Below are positions 13,262 through 24,218 of a DNA stretch of 64,000 nucleotides, piece after piece. The DNA lies in contig RSEE01000002.1 of NCBI GenBank assembly GCA_003971905.1, forward strand, positions 372,001 to 436,000. Reading direction: 5' to 3'. Origin of the DNA: Moniliella sp. 'wahieum'. Lineage: Eukaryota. The translations under genes and the position numbers were made by a program. Every line of letters starts with the position of its first letter. Within the stretch, counting starts at the first letter, position 1. Below the pieces are notes generated by a model. The model saw only the letters and a list, made by a program, of their open reading frames with translations. It did no database searches and was not told the origin of the DNA.

Positions 13262-15480
13262 TTACTCCTTGTGTTTCTGGCCGACGTCGCGGAAGATGCC
13301 GGTGACGATGCTGGAGAGAGCGCCACGCGACTCGTAGACGGGTAGGATAATCACAATTGCCGCCGTGACAAACAGCCAGGCGATCATGATACTGATCCAC
13401 GCTGCCAATCCGGCTCCGGTCCAGATCCGTTTGGTCAGAGCCATGCACGGCATGAAGATCAAGAGCACCAAAGTGAGTCCGCAGGCGACTAGAGCGCTCC
13501 AGCGCATATCCGCCTCCAGCATGTCAGGGTCGAGACCCGCGGCGATCACATACTCGTCCCCGGGTTGGCGCATGCGATCGTAGTTGATCACTTCGAGATC
13601 GTTGGCGGTCGTGACCAGCGCCTTCTCCCCTACCTCAGGTACCGGCTTATCCTTGTCGTCCGTTGTGGCCAACATGTTGGTGTGGAAGGCATTTTGAGCG
13701 GCCAGTTCATCTTTCCGTGAGAGGTGGCTCTCATCAACTTCTCCTTTCCCGTTGGGCAGGCGGCCAGCCAGTACTTCTGGTGCACCCACAGCGCGCGTCG
13801 CTTCAAACGTGTAGTTCTCTGGCCAGATGAGCGAGGTAGGAATGACGACCAGTACGGGTGTGCCAAGCGCAAGCAGGTTGGCAATTACCAGCGGCACATT
13901 GGCGCTGGTGGTGTCCAGATTAATTTTGCCCTCGTACGCCAGCGTTGAGGTCATCCAAGAGATGATGGCAACAACAAGTCCCAACAGAGCCCCGCAGATG
14001 CACCCCCATTTGTTTGCCTTTTTCCAGCCCAGGGCCACAGAAACGGGAACGACGGCGGGAGCAAGGCAAATGCCCATCATGGTATACAGCCTGTAAACAA
14101 CGTTAGCACAATATCCGACACAAAACGCAAGCAAGGTATCACGTACCAGCCCATGGAGACGCCGACATAGTGCCAGATGACCCCAATGCAAGCAATGAAG
14201 ATTGCCCAGAACACCATCATAGCATGACTGCTGAGGAAGATCATGCGGGGTGACACATTCTTATTGAGCGTCTTGACCACATCGTATGAGAAGATGGAGG
14301 ACACAGCGACGAGCTGGGCAGCCGTCGCAGAGGTGACAGCCAAGTAGAGAAGGATGAGCATTGCAGTAGCTCCTGGCTTGCCCATCAGAGCTGCAGCGGC
14401 TGCCGGGGCAGGCAACCCTGCCGAGACTTCCGAGGGGGTCAAGATGGCCATGGCGGGATCATGGTGAATCAAGGCCCGGGCTGCAAGCCCAAGTGTCGAA
14501 GCCATGACCATTGGTACGGCAAACCAGGCAATCCCACCAAGCATAAACGCCCTGGAAGCTTCGGGGCCTGATGCGATAGCACGCTGAGAGTAACTTTGGT
14601 CGGAAAAGACGGTGCCGCAGTTGCCGGCGATGTTGATAATACCAAACAGGAAGCCGTCCAGAGAGCGGAAGGTCAAGTAGCTTCCACCCGCATTGCCGCT
14701 GACGGGCGCAATCTCGGAAGCACGAGTGAGAAGGCGAGCCATTTCGTGAGGGGACCCAATTTTGTCGTTGGTCGAGTAAACGACAAAGGCAAAACTGAGA
14801 ATCATGGTGACAAGGACGACGGTGTGCGAATAATCGGCCAGAAGAGTGGAGCGCATACCCCCGACCAGAGCATATACAGCCACACTAATGGGCGTGATAA
14901 ATAGGGCGGCGAGAGTGGGCATTCCCGTCAGCTGGTTGACCGTTGCGCTGCCACCAAGGACGAGCATACTGCCGACCAGTACATTGGTGGTGATGGCAAA
15001 GCACCCAAACACAAAGTGGGCCACCTCGCCCCAGCGGGCCTGAATCACCTGCAAGTAGGTTGAGGCAAAGGGCGCATTCCGCTTGAGCCGGTTGCCCAAC
15101 ATACTAAACAGCAACACCTGAATTGTGGCGCCAGCCGCGTACCAATACGGGCCAGAAACACCTGAGCGCATCACACGAGTTAGGCCCGCAATCCTCAGGA
15201 CTCAAGCAACGAGAGACGTACCGTTCTTGTAGGCCTGGGCGGATGACTGGAGCAGGGTGGCGGCCCAGGTCCACGCAGAGACAATACCCGAGGCAATGAG
15301 GCCGGGCTTGACGCTGCGCGAGGCAGACATGAACTCGTCGTTGTTCTTGACATTGTTGTGGGTGTAGCGCTGCTGAAGCATGGTGATGATGAGCATGACT
15401 ACAGCAAAGCCAATGCCCAAGGCGATCACCACGGCCCAGCCAGCGCCGGGCTGGAGAACTTGGGCGGAGGAGGCCGGCAT
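13262..15480 (-). CDS. DUR3: Urea active transporter (sodium:solute symporter family)
   Basis: SRSVKPGLIASGIVSAWTWAATLLQSS, GVSGPYWYAAGATIQVLLF, GTVFSDQSYSQRAIAS and many transmembrane helices. Introns at about 15162-15220 and 14091-14145. Confidence 0.95.
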
Positions 15481-15803
15481 GGTGAGTAGAGGGCGGGGCC
15501 GTAGGATGGGGGGGGACAAGGCGCGAAGACCAGGAGGCGGAATGCCAGGGTGGCTATAAGTAGCTGGCAGGGAGATGGAGGCGCGGCGCAAGAGCAGGCG
15601 CTGGTGTGGCACAGGCTGGCTGGGTGCGGGCTGTGGATGGCCGAGTGTCTGTGCCAGAGGTGGGGGTGACATGTGACACTGGCAGAGAAAGAGGGGGAGG
15701 GGTGTAGCCTTCGGCGCCTCGCGGCGAAACGACGCTCCGGGCTGCTCTCCGGTGCTGCCCTGAAACTCGGAAGACCAGTAATCGTAATCTAGGAATCATA
15801 ATC

Positions 15804-16090
15804 GATAAAGAGATAATCGAAATCGCAGTGATCATCGATCATCGATCAGCGATCACCGCACATCTGCATCAGCGAGCAAGCGTCCGAACACTGCCGCCGT
15901 GCGGGACCAGTGTTCCACCGGCTGGTTCGACGTTCCTGGCGGCAGCACTGAAATAAGCTTACGCTTATCCGTCGCTCCTTAACGCTTAGCGGCTCAAGGC
16001 CTACGGCGTAAGGCGCCTATTCCCTATCTACGTGAATATTGTGTGCAACTGCATATCAGCAGGCGGAGATGAGATGGGTGGGTGGTTATC
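15804..16090. promoter_or_regulatory. GATAA elements upstream of DUR3 (candidate nitrogen-catabolite GATA-factor sites)
   Basis: GATAAA 15804, AGATAA 15811, CTTATC 15964 and TTATC 16086 lie about 320-610 bp upstream of the DUR3 ATG. DUR3 is a known GATA-factor target in ascomycetes. Confidence 0.4.
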
Positions 16091-17953
16091 ACCGATGAGG
16101 CCTGTAACCATGTAACCTGTAACCCTCACGTTCAGGCCCTGGCCTGGGGGCTGAGCATGAGGCGAGGCGACCGGTGTGATGTATAGGACGGATGCACCTT
16201 AGGGTTAACAGTTAACTTGTAACAGAGCAGATTAGATATCCTAAGCAGCAGAATCGCGGCATTGTTTCGTTTGCCGCTGATAATGGTTAGCGCAGCATCT
16301 CTGAGCGGTCACATGACCTGTCACATGCCACGACAGGCGTGCAACTGAGTTTTACTGGCCTGGACAACTCGCAGCCTCGTGCCATGCCATGCCCGCACAC
16401 CCGACAGACAGACAGACAGCAGCAGCAACTCCTTTTCCTTTCCTGGCGGGCTTCCAGATCACATGTCACAATCGGGACCCACAGTGGCAGGCCGCTGTTT
16501 GTCAACATGACCGGTGTATGGCCTCTGCTTCGACCATATCGGAGATCGAACTGAAGAATATGTGGCCGGTCCGAGGTGACGCGGTGACGCGCCAGTGACC
16601 AGCTCTTTCATCGAACATGGCCATATTAGCCTTCCATCTCCCGACGAAAGGGGCACTACCACACACATAGCATCCCCGCGTCTCTCGTCCCGAACTCGCA
16701 CTACACTCAGTGTACTCACTTCCACTCTTTATTCTTAGTCTCCCAATTTATCTCCACAACGATGTACTCACAATCAAGATTTCGTTTGGCCGATCACATC
16801 GATCATTGATCATTGATCACGCATCATTAATTCATTTCTCCATTTTATGGGTCTCACTGGGGAGGGGCCTCTTGCTGTCGAAGCAATCATTAATCAACGC
16901 AGCTATCTCCTTTTGGCCGTACTATAGTACTCCACCAAGAAAGGGTGTGGTCAGGGTCACCCCACCCTTTTGTGGCCATAATTGAGAAACTTCTCGTGTT
17001 GGCCTAGGGAGCCGGACGGGCAGAAGGATGAGGAGAAGGTGATGGATTGGAGCCAGAGTTGGGTCTGGGTACAGAGGCATCTATATAGGAGGCTGGACTA
17101 GGCACAGGGACAGTGAGTCACACAGGAGAGAGTGCAGGGCACAGGGACAGTGACACGCAGGGACGTCAGCGTGGAAGCCGATGGAACCGAGGCGAACCTG
17201 GTCTACCGACTGGGAGCCAGATACAGTCAACACCCCCGCTGGCCAGGGAACCCGGAGACATCGGTTGTGGGATGAGCTCCTGCCAGTGGATGTAGAGAGG
17301 GGAGGACTTGAGTGGCAACCGGGACGAATGGCCTGGAGTTGTGCATGGCCACACGACTGGCCTACACCCCCGCTGTCCAGGATGACACCTGAACGAGCCG
17401 AGCGCTTGTGGTTGGTGTATTGTGCGACCGCCAGATGCTTGTAGAAGTCTTAGAAGTAAAAGTAGTAGGGGTTGCGCCCCGAAGCGATTTGGTGGGCAAA
17501 AGTAAAAAGCACCAGTTATAGGTGTAGTGAAAGAAAATTGGAAACTTGGAGTAAATGCGGTCCAAGGTCGTTTGGCATCAAAATTGGATGCGTTTGGTAG
17601 TTGTTTGGTTCCGCATGCCTGGTGCCAGTGGGGTCCATTGGGCATGGGAAATGAACGGGCGCTATGCGTCAACCGTCTTGATCTGTTTGGGTTCTCTTTG
17701 TTGTTGAAAAAGAGGAGTGGGAAGTTGGGTGACCACCCCCCCCCATCCTTTCCCCAGGTGCCCCGGATGAATTGGCAATCCGGGGCGTGTAGCCGTGGGT
17801 GGGGCACTTGATGAGCAGCCACCCCCGCTTTCTGCGATTCGCCTGCGCCGTTTTGTCGTTGGAGGAATTTCGTCTCGTTGACGATACCCGACACGTTTTG
17901 TTCCGTCGTGTGTTGTCCCTAAAAATCATTGCCCCATCTGTGGGGGACGAGTG

Positions 17954-18029
17954 TGCCGATTGTGGCGGTAGTATGCCGATTGTGGCGGTAGTATGCCGAT
18001 TGTGGCGGTAAGGTGCCGATTGTGGCGGT
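17954..18029. repeat. 4 x 20-nt tandem repeat (core TGCCGATTGTGGCGGT) in element copy 1
   Basis: Cores start at 17954, 17974, 17994 and 18014. Confidence 0.95.
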
Positions 18030-19348
18030 GGTGTTTTGGGCGGGAGGACGGGTGTGTCTTGTGGGCTTGGCGGCTTAGCTTGGGCTTGTAGGCTTGGGGG
18101 TGGGCTTGCTTGAAGAGCGCTCCCCTTCCGGGGGATCAGATTGTAGCTCTGTTGGCCTAGGGAGCCGGACGGGCAGAAGGATGAGGAGAAGGTGATGGAT
18201 TGGAGCCAGAGTTGGGTCTGGGTACAGAGGCATCTATATAGGAGGCTGGACTAGGCACAGGGACAGTGAGTCACACAGAGAGAGTGCAGGGCACAGGGAC
18301 AGTGACACGCAGGGTCAGCGTGGAAGCCGATGGAACCGAGGCGAACCTGGTCTACCGACTGGGAGCCAGAGGATCACAGTCAACAATGTTGGCCTAGGGA
18401 GCCGGACGGGCAGAAGGATGAGGAGAAGGTGATGGATTGGAGCCAGAGTTGGGTCTGGGTACAGAGGCATCTATATAGGAGGCTGGACTAGGCACAGGGA
18501 CAGTGAGTCACACAGGAGAGAGTGCAGGGCACAGGGACAGTGACACGCAGGGACGTCAGCGTGGAAGCCGATGGAACCGAGGCGAACCTGGTCTACCGAC
18601 TGGGAGCCAGAGGATCACAGTCAACACCCCCGCTGGCCAGGGAACCCGGAGACATCGGTTGTGGGATGAGCTCCTGCCAGTGGATGTAGAGAGGGGAGGA
18701 CTTGAGTGGCAACCGGGACGAATGGCCTGGAGTTGTGCATGGCCACACGACTGGCCTACACCCCCGCTGTCCAGGATGACACCTGAACGAGCCGAGCGCT
18801 TGTGGTTGGTGTATTGTGCGACCGCCAGATGCTTGTAGAAGTCTTAGAAGTAAAGTAGTAGGGGTTGCGCCCCGAAGCGATTTGGTGGGCAAAAGTAAAA
18901 AGCACCAGTTATAGGTGTAGTGAAAGAAAATTGGAAACTTGGAGTAAATGCGGTCCAAGGTCGTTTGGCATCAAAATTGGATGCGTTTGGTAGTTGTTTG
19001 GTTCCGCATGCCTGGTGCCAGTGGGGTCCATTGGGCATGGGAAATGAACGGGCGCTATGCGTCAACCGTCTTGATCTGTTTGGGTTCTCTTTGTTGTTGA
19101 AAAAGAGGAGTGGAAGAAGTTGGGTGACCACCCCCCCCCATCCTTTCCCCAGGTGCCCCGGATGAATTGGCAATCCGGGGCGTGTAGCCGTGGGTGGGGC
19201 ACTTGATGAGCAGCCACCCCCGCTTTCTGCGATTCGCCTGCGCCGTTTTGTCGTTGGAGGAATTTCGTCTCGTTGACGATACCCGACACGTTTTGTTCCG
19301 TCGTGTGTTGTCCCTAAAAATCATTGCCCCATCTGTGGGGGACGAGTG

Positions 19349-19424
19349 TGCCGATTGTGGCGGTAGTATGCCGATTGTGGCGGTAGTATGCCGATTGTGG
19401 CGGTAAGGTGCCGATTGTGGCGGT
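19349..19424. repeat. 4 x 20-nt tandem repeat in element copy 2
   Basis: Same array as 17954-18029. Confidence 0.95.
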
Positions 19425-21093
19425 GGTGTTGTTGGGCGGGAGGACGGGTGTGTCTTGTGGGCTTGGCGGCTTAGCTTGGGCTTGTAGGCTTGGGGGTGGG
19501 CTTGCTTGAAGAGCGCTCCCCTTCCGGGGGGATCAGATTGTAGCTCTGTTGGCCTAGGGAGCCGGACGGGCAGAAGGATGAGGAGAAGGTGATGGATTGG
19601 AGCCAGAGTTGGGTCTGGGTACAGAGGCATCTATATAGGAGGCTGGACTAGGCACAGGGACAGTGAGTCACACAGGAGAGAGTGCAGGGCACAGGGACAG
19701 TGACACGCAGGGACGTCAGCGTGGAAGCCGATGGAACCGAGGCGAACCTGGTCTACCGACTGGGAGCCAGAGGATCACAGTCAACATCTCGGCCCTCCTG
19801 ATAGTAATCGTGGCCTGTATGTGCGTTGCATAACACACAGTGCCCCATCGAGACACTGTTGACGGGCGATCGTCTTTCTGTCGTGTATAATTTTTTGTGG
19901 CATTATTATAGCTGGAGCCTGCTGGAGCCCTCAGCCACTGGGATTCTGCACGCTCAGTCTCGCGATCAACTTGAGCCCATACGTTCGTTATGCCATAGGG
20001 GTGCAGGGGCGCATTTTCCAACCATGCATGAGCGCTGAGCCTCAGCTTCATGCTTCAAGGCCTCAACGTGTATTTTCCCGCGTGCTCCGGTCCGGGTACA
20101 GTTTGAAGGTGAGCGCGAGCGCAGTGCCGGTGATGGAGATCGTTCTTTGCCCTGTGTTTTGGGTGAGTCCGGTGAGTGGACAGGGGGCCGTTTTGGGCAG
20201 TTTTTCCTTTTGCATTTGGATTTGTCCGGAATAGCCGTGGGAGGCATCGACTTGGAACGTGGAACGGAGAAGAGATATTATCTTATGGACAAATTTTTCT
20301 AGTTGATTATGTGCTTGGTGTTACAGTACAGTTGATTGTAACAGTTGTAACCGGTAACCGCGCAGAGCGAGAGTATATCCACTTTGGAATAAGTTTTTGC
20401 TACCACTAATCACATTGCGTCTCGTATATATATGCTGCATCACTGCATCATCACGGGACGGTTGCAGGAACAGGCCCGCCATTCCGGTATCTCTTGGGGC
20501 CAGAGAGCAAGCCGACGGCAGTGAGTTGGATTGTGCCAATGGGCGGTGGAGGCAAGAGAATTCTCTTGCCGCGTCTGCCGGATCCGTATGGAACGCAACG
20601 GGACGCATTGCGCAGTGACTAGTGATGAATGAGAGAGGCTGCTTGATAATGCGAGTGGTCCCATTATGTGGCTTGTGACTGTGGTGACTAGCTTGACTTG
20701 TGTGCACCCACCACGGTATTGTGCGAGGCGGCCCCATTCCGCCTCTGTTCCGCGCCTTCCTGCTGCGCCTCCGGGCTGCCTTGCCCCTGATTGCATCCAC
20801 ACCATCTCGTCTCCTGCCTGGATTGCCTGCCGCTGCCACAAGTATATCAGAGTGGAGCGTGGAGCCCGGAGTCGGTGGGGGTGGCCCTGCAACGGGTGTC
20901 TCCAGCAGTCGAATTGACCGTCAAGTCAAAATGAACGTTCAAGCGAAAGTTGAAAGCTGGTTTATGATTTCGCTTGAAAGTTGCAACCAAAGCGCAGGCA
21001 GCTGTCGCGTATTCTTAGTGTTCATAACCCTCGCTGGCGCAGCAGCTGCCAGTGGCAGCCCCGCGAATATACGTCCCCCCTACCACCCCCACC

Positions 21094-23955
21094 ATGGCTC
21101 CGCCTGAGCCCGTGCTCGACCTCCATGTCCTCCAGTCCCACTCGCCCCAGTGGCCGCCCGAGCTGCGCTTTGCCGTGTGCCTCGCCACCGCCCACGCTGC
21201 CCGTGCCTGCTTCCACCGCGTCGAGGCGCACATGCACGCCCTGGACGATGCGCAGGCGTCTGCGCTGCCTACCCCCGGCGCCGCGCGCTCCGAGTACAAC
21301 CCGCACGCTGCCGACGACGAGGCTGCGCTGGGTGTCAAGACGGAGCATTTTGAGGAAGAAGGCGAGGATACACGCGATGCATCGCCGCATCAGCGCATGA
21401 TCCTCGAGCGCGTCCGCCTCCGCCGTCGCCACGACTTTGTCCAGGACTGGGATGAGTTTAGTACCAAGTTCATTCATGCCACCTGCCAGCACTTGGGTGT
21501 GCCCGTCGATTCCTTGCCCCCGGCCGATGATATGACTGAGCAGGAAGTTTTCCACCTCATCAGTGGCACGCCCGCTGCGCCCCGTACCGACCCCCTCGCT
21601 TCACCCGCTGCTCTTGATGACAAGTCCGCTCCTGCAGGGGAGGCTGGGACCCCGAAAGAAGACGCAGGGGTTAATGTGGCCACCGAAGAGCAGCCTCCTG
21701 CGTCGAGTCCGACAAAAGAGGATCCAGTCGTGGAACACATGGAGGATCTCTCACTGGACGATGAGGCAGAATCGCTCCCAGAAGTCCCTCCTGAACCCAT
21801 GGACCATCCTAGTGACGCCGTCACCCACCCTATTGGCCAACCCGATCTCCCCTCCCGCCCTCCCTCGATCGAGAAAGGCAACAAGGCCTCCTTTGTACAA
21901 GCAGGACAGGAGGTGGAGATTGTGAATGAGCTGGTGCTCATATCCCTAGGACTGGGGCAGTACCGTGCCTCGGATGGTGCGACAACGCTGTTTGAGCAGG
22001 ACGGCCTGTTTGAGGAGCAGACGGACGTGCTGGATGTAGCAGTTTCCCAGCCTGCTCCCGAGGTACCAGACCATGCGCGTGGTCCCTCGATGGAAGAGGA
22101 ACGCAAAGCTGTGGCCGAGGTGGCGGCGCTTGAGCCGCAGGCCGAGGAGACGTTCTCGTCCCGCCTCCCGCACCCTCCCGGGAGCGCCCAGGACACCGTT
22201 GCTTCGACTGACGACGAGATGTCACCTCCACCTCTTCCTCCCGGCCATCCTACTGGCCCATATGTAGAACAACCCTCGCCGTCGCAGGAGGAAACGCCAC
22301 TCCCTGGGCCCCCTCTACCACCCAGGATGCCTTCTCAGCCCTTGTCCCCTAGCAACCCACAAGGAACAGCCTCTCCGATCCCTCCTCCGCTACCTCCGCG
22401 TTTGCCCCCTCGTCCGGCTGCGCGACCAACTGCTGCCCCAGAGGCCGGGGCAGGCGAACGGTCGGGATGGAAGGCGCCCAAGACGATTTTTGGTTCCCTT
22501 AAATGGGGCAAAGGAGGCAAACACAAGCAAAACGACAGTGCTCCCGAACCTGAGCGATCGGATCCCCATTCCCCTTCTTCGGGGAAAGAGGAACCAGGAG
22601 GTCCCAAACCCAAGGAACCCGTCAAGCCCAACGAGCTCTTTCACTATGATGCTCGCTCCCGTGCCATCATCTTCCAAGTGTTCCGGACGATGGGGTTGGA
22701 GAGCGTGTACCTGTTTCAGGGGGAAAAGGTGCTGGCCCAGTCCATCTATTTTTTGGTGCAGGAAGGCCAGCGCGCGCAGAATCCGACCGAGTCTGGGTCA
22801 GAAGAGAAGCGAGGCGCATGGATGAACCAGGCGAGCACCAAAGTGCTCGCCAAGGAACGCAGCAAGGGCAATTGGGGCAAATGGGCCGCGGCCGGAGTGG
22901 GATTTACCCTGGTGGGGGTCCTGACAGGCGGTCTGGCCGCTCCGCTGTTGGCACCCGTGCTGGTGGGGATGGGCGCGGGCTATCTTGCCACGACGGGTGG
23001 CGTGGTTCTTATGGGCACCTTGCTGGGTTTGGGAGGTGGGGGGCTGGCTGGGTACCGTGTCGAACGCCGGTTAAGGGGCTTGGACCGTCTGCAATTTGAC
23101 GTAGTCCCCACCCCGGCGGCTGAAGCTGGCTTGACGATCCCCAGCATGCATGCCACGATCTGTGTGTCGGGCTTGCTGACCAAGCCGGCGCAACAGACCG
23201 CTCCATGGAAGGAGGCGCTGGCGTTTTCTGTTCCCGATCCGAGGGATATTTACGCCCTCGAATTCGAGACGGACCTGATGGTGGAAGCTGGAGCAGGGTT
23301 GCACCGCTACGTTACCAGCCAATTGATCCGTACAGGTGGGACCAGGGTGGCTACCGAGGTGGTCAAGACGACCGCGTTTGCCGGCTTGGCCGCCTTGACC
23401 CTCCCGCTGACGGTGATGAGTGTGGCGTCGGCCGCGTTGGATTCGACGTTTGTGCGCGCCAAGACCAAGGCACACAAGGCCGGGTTGGTGCTGGCCGAGA
23501 CGCTACGCAACGAAGTTCAAGGACACCGTCCTGTGGTGTTGATCGGGGTGTCATTGGGTGTCACCACCGTGCTCTCAGCACTGGTAGAGCTGGCCAAGAA
23601 CCCAAGTGTGTCCGCGCAGCTGGTCGACTCGGTCTTTCTCATTGGCGGACCTACGGTGCCCAGCACGCGAACGATCAAAAAGGCGCGCTCGGTCGTCGCG
23701 CGCCGCTTTGTCAATGCATACAGCACCAAGGACATGGTTTGTGGTGTGGCAGCCTGGCTCGGCTCGGGGGCCAACATTCAAGATCTGCGCAACGGCAAGC
23801 TTCCGCGCGTCCTGGGTTCCGGCCCGATCGACGTGGGGCCCGAGGGGGACGTGGAAAATGTGGATGTGTCGGACATGGTCTCCGGCCACGAACAACTGAA
23901 CGACCCAGACCACCTAGCGAAGGTGCTGGAGCGGTGCAATGCGTTTGTGGGGTAG
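21094..23955 (+). CDS. DUF726/TMCO4-family alpha/beta-hydrolase-like membrane protein (yeast Mil1-like)
   Basis: Uninterrupted ~950-aa ORF with YDARSR, Gly-rich hydrophobic GVLTGGLAAPLLA..LLGLGGGGLAGY, AGLVLAETL...GHRPVVLIGVSLG (GxSxG) and VVARRFVNAYSTKD. Confidence 0.85.
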   Translation: MAPPEPVLDLHVLQSHSPQWPPELRFAVCLATAHAARACFHRVEAHMHALDDAQASALPTPGAARSEYNPHAADDEAALGVKTEHFEEEGEDTRDASPHQRMILERVRLRRRHDFVQDWDEFSTKFIHATCQHLGVPVDSLPPADDMTEQEVFHLISGTPAAPRTDPLASPAALDDKSAPAGEAGTPKEDAGVNVATEEQPPASSPTKEDPVVEHMEDLSLDDEAESLPEVPPEPMDHPSDAVTHPIGQPDLPSRPPSIEKGNKASFVQAGQEVEIVNELVLISLGLGQYRASDGATTLFEQDGLFEEQTDVLDVAVSQPAPEVPDHARGPSMEEERKAVAEVAALEPQAEETFSSRLPHPPGSAQDTVASTDDEMSPPPLPPGHPTGPYVEQPSPSQEETPLPGPPLPPRMPSQPLSPSNPQGTASPIPPPLPPRLPPRPAARPTAAPEAGAGERSGWKAPKTIFGSLKWGKGGKHKQNDSAPEPERSDPHSPSSGKEEPGGPKPKEPVKPNELFHYDARSRAIIFQVFRTMGLESVYLFQGEKVLAQSIYFLVQEGQRAQNPTESGSEEKRGAWMNQASTKVLAKERSKGNWGKWAAAGVGFTLVGVLTGGLAAPLLAPVLVGMGAGYLATTGGVVLMGTLLGLGGGGLAGYRVERRLRGLDRLQFDVVPTPAAEAGLTIPSMHATICVSGLLTKPAQQTAPWKEALAFSVPDPRDIYALEFETDLMVEAGAGLHRYVTSQLIRTGGTRVATEVVKTTAFAGLAALTLPLTVMSVASAALDSTFVRAKTKAHKAGLVLAETLRNEVQGHRPVVLIGVSLGVTTVLSALVELAKNPSVSAQLVDSVFLIGGPTVPSTRTIKKARSVVARRFVNAYSTKDMVCGVAAWLGSGANIQDLRNGKLPRVLGSGPIDVGPEGDVENVDVSDMVSGHEQLNDPDHLAKVLERCNAFVG

Positions 23956-24218
23956 ACACACTATCGGTACGGGGCTTTTATACTATTACTTGATCATCTT
24001 CGGAATGAATTCATCCATTGTCCAGGAAAAAGGATGTGGCGGGGGTCATGTCCCGTTGCAAGGGAGAAGGCAAGGGCAAGCGTGTAGATCTGGGCGCCCA
24101 AAGGCACCACAACGAGCGATATCGGCCTTGCAAAGTAAGACCACAAAGGGTATGCTGGTAGACAGAAGGGTCTAGCCAAGCGTCCCTAGACGTGCACCAC
24201 CCATGGTGCAAGGCGGGA

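Larger units (their letters stand above)
16997..19786 (-). mobile_element. Head-to-tail dimer of a non-autonomous copia-like LTR element (TRIM-like) with four LTRs
   Basis: LTRs TGTTG...CAACA at 16997-17232, 18150-18385, 18387-18626 and 19547-19786. Internal regions 17233-18149 and 18627-19546. 5-bp TSD TCTCG at 16992-16996 and 19787-19791. On the minus strand the purine tract AGCGGGGG precedes the 3' LTRs. No gag/pol motifs recognised. Confidence 0.92.

Noticed and set aside
16199..16207. TTAGGGTTA, complement of a telomerase-template-like TAACCCTAA
   Set aside because: A single 9-mer can easily occur by chance in 64 kb, and no other telomerase RNA features were recognised.
17954..18029. 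CRISPR-like repeat array
   Set aside because: Spacers are only 4 nt and mostly identical, the context is eukaryotic with no cas genes, and the array sits inside an LTR element.
19055..19630. 191-aa and 242-aa ORFs inside the LTR element as gag remnants
   Set aside because: One starts immediately after the TATA box, frames differ between the two copies, and there are no clear CCHC, RT or integrase motifs.
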